Of a stretch of DNA of 64,000 nucleotides, positions 37,295 through 48,900 are shown in pieces. Both the position numbers and the translations under genes were made by a program. The notes beneath the pieces were generated by a model. It had not been told where the DNA came from, did no database searches, and worked only from the letters and a program-made list of their open reading frames with translations. The stretch covers positions 1,116,001 through 1,180,000 of the forward strand of contig CATNEN010000026.1 in assembly GCA_950097015.1 (NCBI GenBank), in the 5' to 3' direction. This DNA is from Macrostomum hystrix (lineage: Eukaryota > Animalia > Platyhelminthes). Positions within the stretch are counted from its first letter, which is position 1. Each line of letters opens with the position of its first letter.

Positions 37295-37935
37295 AGTGAG
37301 GTGGATGCGGAGTGAGGTGGATGCGGAGTGAGGTGGATGCGAATTGGGGTTAATGCGGAGTGGGGTTGATGCGGAGTGGGGTTGATGCGGAGTGGGGTTG
37401 ATGCGGAGTGAGATGGATGCGGAGTGGGGTGGGTAGAGTGAGGTCGATGTGGAGTGAGGTGGATGCGAAGTGGGGTGGATGCGGAGTGGGTTAGTCTGAC
37501 GCTGAGGCGGGTGCATGAAGTGTGAGGCGGTTGCATGAAGTGTGAGGCGGGTGCATGAAGTGTGAGGCGGGTGCATGAAGTGTGAGGCGGGTGGATGAAG
37601 TGTGAGGCGGGTGGGTGCATGAAGTGTGAAGCGGGTGCATGAAGTGTGAGGCGGGTGATGAAGTGTGAAGCGCATGCATGAAGTGTGAAGCGGGTGCATG
37701 AAGTGGAGGCAGTTGCATGAAATGTGAGGTGGGTGATGAGGTGTGAAGCGGGTGCATGAAGTGTGAGCCGGGTGCATGAAGTGTGAGGCAGTTGCATGAA
37801 GTGTGAAGCGGGTGCATGAAGTGTGAGGCGGGTGCATGAAGTGTGAGGCGGGTGCATGAAGTGTGAAGCGGGTGCATGAAGTGTGAGGCGGGTGATAAAG
37901 TGTGAGGCGGGTGCAGAGAGAGGTGATTGCGGAGT
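37295..37935. repeat. G/T-rich degenerate minisatellites (gcggagtgaggtggat; gcgggtgcatgaagtgtgag)
   Basis: Two related units; similar arrays at about 38695-38875 and 40285-40485. Confidence 0.9.
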
Positions 37936-39042
37936 GAGGTGGCTCCGGATTCACTTTAGTGTCAACCTCGAAGAATAATTTTTCCAAAAGGCTTAAATTA
38001 ATCATGACAAAAAATTGCAGCGGTGAATCAGCCAATATTTTAATGCCTTCTTAGTTGTAGAAGAAAGAAGAAAAGAAGCGCTGGCAGCAAAATGATCAAT
38101 ATTTCCTGCCCTTGTTGAGCAGTCACCAGCTCTTGGCAGCGTTTAAGCACAATAGAATCCAGACTAATGACTCTAGACGCAAGCTTTGACGCCCTTATTT
38201 TTCTGTCCTCTTGTCGCGCAGAGCCCAGTCTATCGGAACTGTTTTGTTACAAAAGACAAAATGACCTCGGACAGAGAAAACAGGTCCTTTTTGAAGTGCC
38301 AGTTCTTTTCTCGAAAACAGAAGTGCAGCACTGGTGGCGTTTTGATGTTGGTCACAAATAGTATATCAACCACTTTCAGAGACACATTTTACTACTTGCA
38401 GTAAGCTTGACAGCAGATGAAAAACGGAGGCGAATACCGAATAAAGCTTTCCTGCTTAGCTTAAAGCTTAAGCTAAAAATGCGTGCTAATATATATGAGA
38501 AGGCTTTTTCGCTTTCGATCTTGTCGTTGGTAACACAACCTTTTTATTAAAATAGGCAAATAAATAACTTTGCCTTTTCAATTTACCGCTTGTACGAGTA
38601 CTTAAGACGGATTTCTAATACAATGTAAGTCTGACAAGCTAGGAACAAAAAAATGCTAAAATTTCAGATTTCTCAGATCAGAGGAGAGAGAATGTTGAGT
38701 GAGGTGTGAGGTGGGTGAATGGGCGGAGTTAGGCTGGTGCATGCCTTTACTGAAGTGGGTGCTTGCTTGGAGTGAGGTGGGTGAATGCTTGGAGTGAGGT
38801 GGTGCATGCGTCGGGTGAGGTGGGTGCATGCCTGGAGTGAGGTGGGTGCATGCGTGGAGCGAGGTGGGGGTGCTGAGTAAGGTGCAGAACATACATTACA
38901 TTATGCGGAGTAAGTTGGACGCGTGTGGGTGGGTTGGTGACTTGTCTAGTGCCGAACTATTTTGATTGTTCGCAGGCTCGTATAAGTGAGTGCTCGTGAC
39001 AAGCGTTGTTTTTACACGCCGAACTAAATATAGTTTTCTTTC

Positions 39043-39768
39043 TTAAATGGCTTCCCTCCTCCGCCTATTAATATCCTGCAAAGCGATCCACTCGGGTCGA
39101 ACCGCCAGATAAGTGGAGTCATTTTCTTCGTTCTCCCTCGTCGTCGGCTCTGGTAGGGGCGGAAACGATGGAGGTACCGGTGGTGGTTGCACAGCGTTAT
39201 CTTCCGGCAAAGCCTCCGCTTCAACAGTCAGCGGCGCCGCCACCAAATTGCGCAGCACAATGCTGGCAAAGCCTACTAACAGTAGGCAGGTGAGGCCGTT
39301 GAAGAATGCTGCGCTGAGCAGCAGGATGCGCATGTGGCCGGCTAGCTCGCCAGGACAGCCGGACCAGGCCAGGCAGGCTTTGAAATCCGTGTCCAGGTAG
39401 CGACCAATCAGGGACCGGAATCTGGTCTTCTCCATGCCCCTGAGACGGTGCAGCAGAGCCGAGCTGGTTGCTGGGCCAAACAGTAGCGGCACGGCAAACA
39501 GGGCCCAGGACATAATGCTGCTGGCCGCCACGAGGATGGCGAGACCGAGAGCCAGTCTGGGCTGCGTCGCGAACGTCGAACGAACCAGCAACGGCATCGC
39601 CATGGCGCTGCAGAAGAACAAGATTCCGCCGCTGGCGTAAAACAGTCGGTGCAAGTGCAGGTTCAACTGTTGGGACAGGACTGCCACTGGCTGGGTGGAT
39701 GCCAACTGCATCAGGAGGGTGCTAAGAGCCATGACTAGCATAGATGGTAGTATCGTGTGACAAGGCAT
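39043..39768 (-). CDS. Orphan four-transmembrane protein (tetraspan-like topology), single exon
   Basis: First ATG at 39768 (the track start 39831 is TTG). Three hydrophobic segments, a ~50-aa loop with two Cys (KACLAWSGC), a fourth hydrophobic segment and a Pro/acidic tail. No tetraspanin CCG motif. Confidence 0.7.
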   Translation of the reverse strand: MPCHTILPSMLVMALSTLLMQLASTQPVAVLSQQLNLHLHRLFYASGGILFFCSAMAMPLLVRSTFATQPRLALGLAILVAASSIMSWALFAVPLLFGPATSSALLHRLRGMEKTRFRSLIGRYLDTDFKACLAWSGCPGELAGHMRILLLSAAFFNGLTCLLLVGFASIVLRNLVAAPLTVEAEALPEDNAVQPPPVPPSFPPLPEPTTRENEENDSTYLAVRPEWIALQDINRRRREAI

Positions 39769-40284
39769 GGCTGCTGCTGCTGCTGCTGCAACTTTTTTTA
39801 CCCTCAAAAGTTCAAGTTGATGGTGCTTCAAAAATGTAATAGACCATGTTTAGCCATAGACTAATGCCTTTGACTTGTCTTAAGACTAAAGACTTAAGAA
39901 TATACGAGTAGAAATAACTGAAGTCTTAAGACTATAAAAGCAAATTTAAAGTTCATTGTGTCTTGTCTTGTATGTCATTTCAACAAGGCTTCTATAATTC
40001 AGATCAAATTCTATCTCCGCTTGCTCATCTCAATGCCCAGAAGAGAAAATTTCTGTTTAAAGACAGTTTGATTGCATCTCGTCCACTGTCTGTGCTTTCT
40101 GCAGTTTGGGATCAGTGGGCTTGGCAAAGAAAATCTGCTAGGGAAATTGGGAGAGAGTTCGACAGTTAAGAAGGAAAATCAAAGGGATAATTGCGTATTC
40201 TGTCCAAAGCCGATCGGAATCATGTGGATTTCCTCATCAGATGCACTCCAAGCCGATTTTTCTGGATAAAGTTATTGCGTAGTG

Positions 40285-40485
40285 GAGTTGGGTGTAGGAG
40301 TCAGGTGGGTGTAGGAGTGAGGTGTGTGTAGGAGTGAGATGGGTGTAAGAGTGAGATGGGTGTAGGAGTGAGGTGGGTGTAGGAGTGAGGTGGGTGTAGG
40401 AGTGAGGTAGGTGTAGGAGTGAGGTGGGTGTAGGAGTGAGGTGGGTGTAGGAGTGAGGTGGGTGTAGGAGAGAGGTGGGTGTTGG
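40285..40485. repeat. 17-bp minisatellite (gggtgtaggagtgaggt)
   Basis: Tandem periodicity. Confidence 0.9.
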
Positions 40486-40733
40486 AGTGTCGCGACAGTA
40501 GATCTTAACGTCCTGCAAATTAATACGCTTGCTTACTTAAGACATAGCTAGTTATTCGTAAATAGTCCAGGTATGTCAATAGTACACTATATGGCATTAG
40601 AAGGAGCTGTAAAGTATTGAATTGGAATTTTAATCGGCTGCGAATGGGGTAAACACATAGCCACAGTGGGATTTATAGCATGAGACGTTGGAATCCCAAC
40701 AGGTCGCATTAATGACCCTCAGCAAGTCCTCAG

Positions 40734-41297
40734 TCAGGGCACGCAGAACATGAGCAAGGAGGCCACAGTGAGCATGGTGCTGAGCAAGCCGACGAGATTC
40801 AACGCGAAAGCCACCTGTCCGTATCGCACGGCTTTCGCCATTCGCCGTTCGACCTCCAGACCGTCGGCATCGCTGTCGCCGTCTCTGGCGCGGTCGACTT
40901 CGGCGCACAAACGCGCGGATCGAACCGAAAAGTACACGGCGGCGGCGCCAAATGGCAGGCTGAAGAACAGGGCGGTCAGTGCAGACATGCCCAGGTAAGT
41001 TATCCCCTGCTGCTGCTGCCTAGGCAGCTTTGGAATCTTCTGATCTCTTTGATGTTGCCGACAGTTGCCGCTGCGGCCGCCGCCGTGAATGTTCAGCAAA
41101 GCAGCCGGCTCCTTGTCTGCAGCCAAATCAGCGCGTCCCGGATTAGCAAGCACTGTCGATGTCAAAGTCGGGCTGTATGACAGATCGGGCCTTGGAGGCG
41201 CCGGGTACAATGGAGGCGGTGGCGGCGGCGGCGGTGCAGGACAGGGCGCCGGCTCTGGAGCCATGTCCACAGACTGCATGTTGAAGTGTACCCTCAT
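40734..41297 (-). CDS. CD225/dispanin family protein (IFITM/PRRT-like), single exon
   Basis: Pro-rich N-terminus, then YLGMSALTALFFSLPFGAAAVYFSVRS...AKAVRYGQVAFALNLVGLL, matching the dispanin pattern (xPxGxxAxxxSxxS...AxxxxxxAxxLN) with a C-terminal TM. Confidence 0.8.
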   Translation of the reverse strand: MRVHFNMQSVDMAPEPAPCPAPPPPPPPPLYPAPPRPDLSYSPTLTSTVLANPGRADLAADKEPAALLNIHGGGRSGNCRQHQRDQKIPKLPRQQQQGITYLGMSALTALFFSLPFGAAAVYFSVRSARLCAEVDRARDGDSDADGLEVERRMAKAVRYGQVAFALNLVGLLSTMLTVASLLMFCVP

Positions 41298-41904
41298 GAC
41301 GGTCTCATAATTCTTCTTCTGTGTCCTGTGTAACTAATTCTAGCGACAACTATCCCGTAGCTAAAATTGGGATTTTATTCGATTTCGCCAGATCGATTCC
41401 TATTGGACATTGCTCCTCGCTACTTCCGAAAGCAGAAAACTTTGCTTCTAGTCCTCCACCCAACCTGCCAATTTTGCCGGGCCTTCCTGCCGGATTTGCA
41501 CTGCCAGTCACTTCTTCTCCTAGTGTTACTCTCAGTCCACAATTCGATAGGCGGCCGCAGCTGCCCCAGATGGCGTTGGAATCACAAATAATCATTATAA
41601 TAATCAAAATAGTAGGCCTATTCTAGTCCTACGATCGGATTTTGTATTTCCCTCTCTGTCTCTCTCGTATAGTTTGTTTTGCAAGCAGAAATTTCTACGC
41701 AGATGCAATTAAAGTTAATCCCTGTCGACCGGAAAGGTCTGTGACGAAATTAATGTACTAATAGTAGCCTTTCCTATTGGTACCTTTGCTTTACGAGCGT
41801 ATAAAGCCTTCCTCAGCATTCCTACTCCGCGGACTTTGGGAATACATGAGCCAGTAGATTAGTTACAACTATGAACTATTTAGATCCCAATTACTGACTA
41901 ATCT

Positions 41905-42312
41905 CTAACCTCTCCCCTCCTGTCCTCTCCTGTCCTCTCCTCTTCTCTCCTCTCCTCTTCTCTCCTCTCCTCTACTCTCCTCTCCTCTCCTCTCCTCTCC
42001 TGTCCTCTTCTCTCCTCTCCTCTACTCTCCTCTCCTCTCCTGTCCTCTCCTCTCCTCTCCTTTCCTCTCCTCTCCTCTCTTCTCCTGTCCTCTCCTGTCC
42101 TCTCCTCTCCTCTCCTCTCCTCTCCTCTCCTCTCCTCTCCTCTCCTGTCCTCTCCTCTCCTCTCCTCTCCTCTCCTCTCCTCTCCTCTCCTCTCCTTTCC
42201 TCTCCTCTCCTCTCCTCTCCTGTCCTCTCCTGTCCTCTCCTCTCCTCTCCTCTCCTCTCCTCTTCTCTCCTCTCCTGTCTCCTCTCCTGTCCTGTCCTCT
42301 CCTCTCCTCTCT
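41905..42312. repeat. (TCTCC)n pyrimidine microsatellite
   Basis: Period 5; source of the ERRGE ORFs. Confidence 0.97.
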
Positions 42313-43124
42313 CCGTTTCCTTCTGCCTCTGCATCTCTGCTTCCCTCTCCCACTCAGTGTTTTTCTCATTGTCTCTCCGTCTCTCCGTCTATTTTCCTCT
42401 TTAAAGATCTCGAAAACTTAGTTTTAATCTCTGATCAATAATCTGCGAAGACCAAGCGACTAGGCCTAATTAGAGTAGTATATTGTTAGCACATTGTCGT
42501 ATTAAAAAAATGACAAATAATTCCAAGGCAAAGCTGGCATGTTCTCCGATTCACATGATAATTATCTAATTATTTATTGCAAGGAAGCAAATAAGAATGT
42601 GTCTACACTTGAGTAGCCACTCGATTGCAAAATAGCTATGAGTAAATCAAGTATCTAATTTCAGCTAAAGCAAGCTAGAATTCGTGCTTAATAACACAGG
42701 ACAAGCTGGACAATAACTATTGCCGACTGATTCCAAAAGACTGAGAAGCATTAAAAACAGATGGCTACGCATTCAATGAATGACAGAACATTTTTCCTGC
42801 CGTGATTGTCATCAAGTGACTAGGTGAGATGTGAGATGAGACAGTGTGAATAATGATGCCATTGTGAGATAGGACATTGTGAGCTCGAGAAAACGCATCG
42901 ACAGGAAGCTTAAAAATTGTTTAAATTTGAAACACAAGAGATAATTGGGCAACGCTTAATCGTCATTCAAACTGCTGGTGTACCTTGTAGACAGGAGGGT
43001 TAAAGCCAATATGTAAAGCAAGTCAAAACACTGAATAGTAAAATGATTCATTTTGCAAGCCTTAGTTCCCGCAAAAGGCATGCGTAATTGCTATCACACT
43101 TTTAAACAGTTCGTACGAATCATC

Positions 43125-43490
43125 AGTTGTCGGCACAGATCAAAGAAATCATTTGCTGTCGGCACAGATCAAAGAAATCATGTGCTGTCGGCACAGATCA
43201 AAGAAATCATTTGCTGTCGGCACAGATCAAAGAAATCATGTGCTGTCGGCACAGATCAAAGAAATCATTTGCTGTCGGCACATATCAAAGAAATCATGTG
43301 CTGTCGGCACAGATCAAAGAAATCATTTGCTGTCGGCACATATCAAAGAAATCATGTGCTGTCGGCACAGATCAAAGAAATCATCTGCTGTCGGCACAGA
43401 TCAATGAATTCATCTGCTGTCGGCACAGATCAAACAAATCGTCAATTTGTCGGCACAGATCAAAAGAATCTTCTGTGTCGGCACAGATAA
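43125..43490. repeat. 29-bp minisatellite (tgctgtcggcacagatcaaagaaatcatt) starting just after the ARHGAP39 stop
   Basis: Period 29; probably within the 3'UTR. Confidence 0.93.
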
Positions 43491-43500
43491 GAAACTGTAG

Positions 43501-45853
43501 CTACTCAGCAGCTGGAGTAGTTGGGTCAGATGAGTCGAGTTCTTCGTCAATCTCCGGCAGTTCGCCCTTGATGTCCAGGATGCCATCAACGCCGCCGGTC
43601 GCTGGTCTCTGGTTGACTTCTCTGACGTGCCCGCCAGTTCCGCAGCGCAGAAGCAGCAGGGCTCGCACAAAGTCGGCCTCTCGCCTGGCGCAGTCGAAGG
43701 CCACCCGCGGGTCGGCGCTGGGACACCTCAGCAGGCTTGGCGCCAGCACCACGGCCAGCCCAGTAGCGTCCATCTTCGTGGCCCGCGCGGCGACCGGGTC
43801 GGCGAAGAACTGCTGCAGGAACTGCAGCAGGTGGTCCACCACCAGCCTGGATGCGAAGATGCGAAAATTCAGCTTTGTTCAATGAAAGTATGCGAAAATG
43901 TTTATATTTCTACTCTAAGTAGTGCATTCGGGAGTATCGATGAAGAATTTATTGCACCAATTATTATTGATCGCAGGAGGACCTGTTCAGCGGAGGCAGC
44001 TGCTGCAGCAGGCCGGCGGCCTCGATGGATTCGCCAGCTTGAAGCGCTTTGGCGTAGAGCGAGTGCGGAATCAGCGGCTCGGGCAGCTCGCGGTACCACA
44101 GTTTCAATAGGCTGGCAGCGACGCAGGCGTCAGTCAGCTGACTGCGACAGCCGGCGGGGTCCCAGAGCTCCAGCTGGGTGCGGGCCCGATTCACAGAGTC
44201 CGTGTCACCGGGGGCTCGGAAAATGCCCTCCGTGCTACGACCGTCGAGACGTTCCACTTCGCCAGCTAGAAATGCTGGAACCCAAGGAAGGCGCGGGTCC
44301 ATAGACTGGCCCGATGAAGGTGGGAAAAACAGCTGATTGCCTGCCAGCTGCTGCTGCTGCTGCTGCGCCAACAGCTCTGCCAGGCTACTGCCGAACACGC
44401 CGGGACTGAAGATCGTCTTCTGCAGTGAGCAATAAGCTCTTTGTATCATGAATTTAGCTGTAGCTTATTACCTAACCTACCTGTGTGTCATTACCTAATC
44501 TAGCTGTGTCTCTTTACATAATATACATGTGTCTCATTACCTAACCTACCTGTGTCTCATTACCTAACCTACCTGTGTCTCATTACCTAGCCTACCTATG
44601 TCTCATTAACTAACCTACACACTGTGTCTCGTTGCCTAATCTACCTTAGTCTACCAGGTGTCCCTGATCAGCCCGCAGCGTTACCTTGGCAACCAGCAGC
44701 TCGTCAATGCTAGGCATCTCGCGACCCCGCCGCGCTCCGATGGCCATGACTCGCTGAAGTCGGCGAAGACAAGCCGAAGCGCACTGCCTCTGCCAGCTGG
44801 TGGCGGCCTCCTCCGAACCTGGCTGCTGCCGCTGCTGCTGCTGCTGCTGCGTGTGACGCAACAGGAATCCCTCCAAGTAGGGTGCGAACTCTGCACTCGG
44901 CGGAAAGAATTGCAGACAAACAGCCAGCAGCTCCCAGCCCAGCTGCAGGCTGGCTTGCGAGGGGTTTCCCGTGAGCTGCTTGCACAGCTGCATCAGCTGC
45001 TCATCCCGCATCACCGGAAGCTGCAGGCCGCGAATCACCAGCTGTTTGGCCAGCTGCGGCTGCGACTGACTCACCCGACGGTCTCCCATGTAGCCGCGCA
45101 CCGCCTTGAAGCTGGCGGCCGATTCTCTCTTAGCCGTCAATGTCGATGAGGACAGAAGCGACGATGTCGACGATGTCTTCGCCCCGGCTGACGACGAACA
45201 ATTGAGCGACGACCAGGAGGCCGAGGCAGAGGTGGACGCCAGCAGCGGCTTGGCTAGGCCGTCGCGCGACCAGGTGAGCAGGCGGGCCGGGTTTCTGGTG
45301 CGACGGAACAGGGACAGGGCCCAGCCGGGTGGCGGCGGCGACTGCTGCGGCTGCTGCTGCTGATATGTACTTGCCGGTTGGAACATTGTGTTCTGTAAGC
45401 AGATTTATGGGCTTTGGCAGCACTTTGGCACAGTAGCATTTTCGTGGCCCCATTCTTAACCATTCTCTGACCCTTAAGCACACCCAGGCACACAAATGCT
45501 GTACTCAGGCACATTCTCACACAGGTGTGTACATCAGTGTACTCTGACACCATGAGCCAACAGCAAGCCTAACTCACCAGCAATGTCGCAGGAGTGGCTG
45601 ACGCCGCAACAGCCGATGTCGAGGCGGAAGTGGTTGTATCAACCGTGGTTCCGTCTGAGCTAACAGACAGCGTGCTCTGCGACCAGCGACTTCCACCGAT
45701 GCCCGACGTTGCAGACATCGGCGACGGCGACGGCGACGGCGACGGCGGCGGCGGCGGAAGTGACGGTGGCGGCGGCAGCGGCACGGGTTTCTGATGCGAC
45801 CTCGTCGGGCATATCGGATTGGTTCTTGGAAAAGGACGTGGCGTTCGCACTGA

Positions 45854-45935
<82 letters not shown>

Positions 45936-48900
45936 ACGGTTGAGTAGCCCTGCTCAGTGCCATTGCTGCCTTGCGGGCCGCATCTTAACGATAGGGCGAC
46001 TGAAGGCGCTGCCGAAGCAGCAGCAGCAGCAGCAGCAGGACTCGGGGCCGGCGACCAGGAACTCTGGACCGAATGTCGAGGGTAGCGCTGGAAGAAAATA
46101 GAGAAATGCGAATTCACTGTCGAATGTCCAACGCCTGGTTCTTTGTAGCTTTCATCCACTTCCAGTCTCTTTTCTCCATCTCTGCCCTCACTTTCTCCCT
46201 TCATTTCTCCCTTCATTTCTGCCTTCATTTCTGCCTTCATTTCTGCCTTCATTTCTGCCTTCATTTCTGCCTTCATTTCTCCCTTCATTTCTCCCTTCAT
46301 TTCTCCCTTCATTTCTGCCTTCATTTCTCCCTTCATTTCTGCCTTCATTTCTGCCTTCATTTCTGCCTTCATTTCTGCCTTCATTTCTGCCTTCATTTCT
46401 GCCTTCATTTCTGCCTTCATTTCTGCCTTCATTTCTGCCTTCATTTCTCCCTTCATTTCTGCCTTCATTTCTGCCTTCATTTCTGCCTTCATTTCTCCGT
46501 TCATTTCTCCCTTCATTTCCGCCTTCATTTCTGCCTTCATTTCTGCCTTCATTTCTGCCTTCATTTCTGCCTTCATTTCTGCCTTCATTTCTGCCTTCAT
46601 TTCTGCCTTCATTTCTGCCTTCATTTCTCCCTTCATTTCTGCCTTCATTTCTGCCTTCATTTCTCCCTTCATTTCTCCCTTCATTTCTCCCTTCATTTCC
46701 GCCTTCATTTCTGACTCAACTAAGCACTCCTAGAACTTTGGATCTCATTATAAATTATTCGTGTTCCCAGACAATCTTTAAGGTTAAAAGGATATTTAAA
46801 AAATTAGCAGCCGAAATGAAGATGCCGATGGGAATAATAGGGATAAAAGTGCACCAGTCTGAAAGTGTCTCCTCCCAGTCTCTCTGCTAACCCAGATCCC
46901 ACCCGAGCCGAGGTCGAGCGATCCGAAATTCTAATTTCTGTGCGTCCCACCCACCACTTTGCAGACGAAACGTAAAATGCACTTTTCGTGCTGTTTTCTT
47001 TCTTATCTTTCTTCGAATTGCTGCTCCGCTCGCAGAAGAAATATACGGTATTATATACATGTCTAATAACTGGGACAAATCTTCAGTAGGCAGCAGTTTA
47101 ATTCGCACCTGGCGGAAAATAATGCTTTGGAGTGCAAGCCTAATCGATAATGGAGAAATTTCTTGGAAGAAATTTAATTTTATATTCGGATAAAGCTGTT
47201 TCAGCTAAAATGCATAAAAAAGAACCCACGTACGATTCCTTTTACAATTCCTTCTTCGATTCCTTCTACGATTCCTTCTTCGATTCCATCTACGATTCCT
47301 TCTTCGATTCCATCTACGATTCCTTCTTCGATTCCATCTACGATTCCTTCTTCGATTCCATCTACGATTCCATCTTCGATTCCTTCTTTAATTCCTTCCA
47401 CGACTCCTTCTACGATTCTTTCTGCGATTCCTTCTTTGATTCCTTCTTCGATTCCTTCTACGATTCCTTCTTCGATTCCATCTACGATTCCTTCTTCGAT
47501 TCCATCTACGATTCCTTCTTCGATTCCATCTACGATTCCTTCTTCGATTCCATCTACGATTCCTTCTTCGATTCCTTCTACGATTCCTTCTTCGATTCCA
47601 TCTACGATTCCTTCTTCGATTCCATCTACGATTCCATCTTCGATTCCTTCTTTAATTCCTTCCACGACTCCTTCTACGATTCTTTCTGCGATTCCTTCTA
47701 CGATTCCTTCTACAATTCTTTCTACGATTCCTTCTACGATTCCTTCCACGATTTTTTCCGAGATTCTAGCTACAATTCTTTTGCTTCTGTAGCCTAAAAT
47801 GGAATGGAAAATGGGAAAATGCCATTCAAAGTTCCTTTGACAGGCCCGCATCTGAACGGCATAGATGAATGACCGAATGTGAAGTGGGTGAGGGAGAGAG
47901 TTTCAGAATGAAGTGTACGATGGAAGCGATCGAGTAGGTAGTGGCAATGGGCGGGTCTAGACTCCAGGGAATAGCTCTGCCGCTTACAATAGTTGGGGAT
48001 GCAAAAAGAAAATGTAGCTCCCAGAATACTGCCAATTCATGGTCATGCACTGCGGAGCAATGGCTGGCGGGTGGGCCCAGTTCCCAGGACAACCCCCAGA
48101 GGAAACATTAAAAGATGGAGATGGAGCCCGAGTTGCTCCTTTTCGGCACCCCCGCAACATCCGCGTTCTTTATCTGCCGCCTTTATAGCACTTTTCATTC
48201 ACAGTGCGACATCTGGCTCCGCAAGTAGTGGCTGAGATATGTTTAATGAGATTCCACTTCAGCTGCGATTCTTTCCTATGATTCCATCCTCCAAGCCTAG
48301 CTGCGATTCCATCCTCCGAGTCTAGCTGCGATTCCATCCTCCGAGTCTAGCTGCGATTCCATCCTCCCAGTCTAGCTGCGATTCCTTTCTATGATTTCAT
48401 CCTCCGAGTCTAGCTGCGATTCCATCCTCCCAGTCTAGCTGCGACTCCTTTCTATGATTTCATCCTCCGAGTCTAGCTGCGATTCCTTTCTATGATTTCA
48501 TCCTCCGAGTCTAGCTGCGATTCCATCCTCCCAGTCTAGCTGCGATTCCTTTCTATGATTTCATCCTCCGAGTCTAGCTGCGATTCCATCCTCCCAGTCT
48601 AGCTGCGACTCCTTTCTATGATTTCATCCTCCGAGTCTAGCTGCGATTCCTGTCTCCGAGCCTAGCTACGATTCCTTCCTCCGAGGCTTGCTACGATTCC
48701 TTACTTCAAGTCTAGCTGCGATTCCATCCTCTGAGTCTAGCTGCGATTCCATCCTCCTAGTCTAGCTGCGATTCCTTTCTATGATTCCATCCTCTGAGTC
48801 TAGCTGCGATTCCTCTCTCCGAGCCTAGCTACGATTCTTTCCTCCGAGCCTAGCTACAATTTGTTCCTCCGAGTCTTGCTACGATTCCTGTCTCCGAGTC

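Noticed and set aside
32980-37857. Repeat ORFs MDVSGCYDRII, LEGLLNCV, AHNSAILP, His-rich ORFs and ILLW ORFs
   Set aside because: All coincide with tandem arrays and lack unique coding flanks or splice support.
45569-46708. 379-aa ORF beginning (MKAE)n
   Set aside because: Only 46087-45578 is exonic (ARHGAP39); the upstream part is an intronic 12-bp repeat.
46887-47108. 73-aa ORF RIKLLPTEDLSQLLDMY... as an extra ARHGAP39 exon
   Set aside because: It ends in a stop with no convincing donor, and the flanking exons already join in phase.
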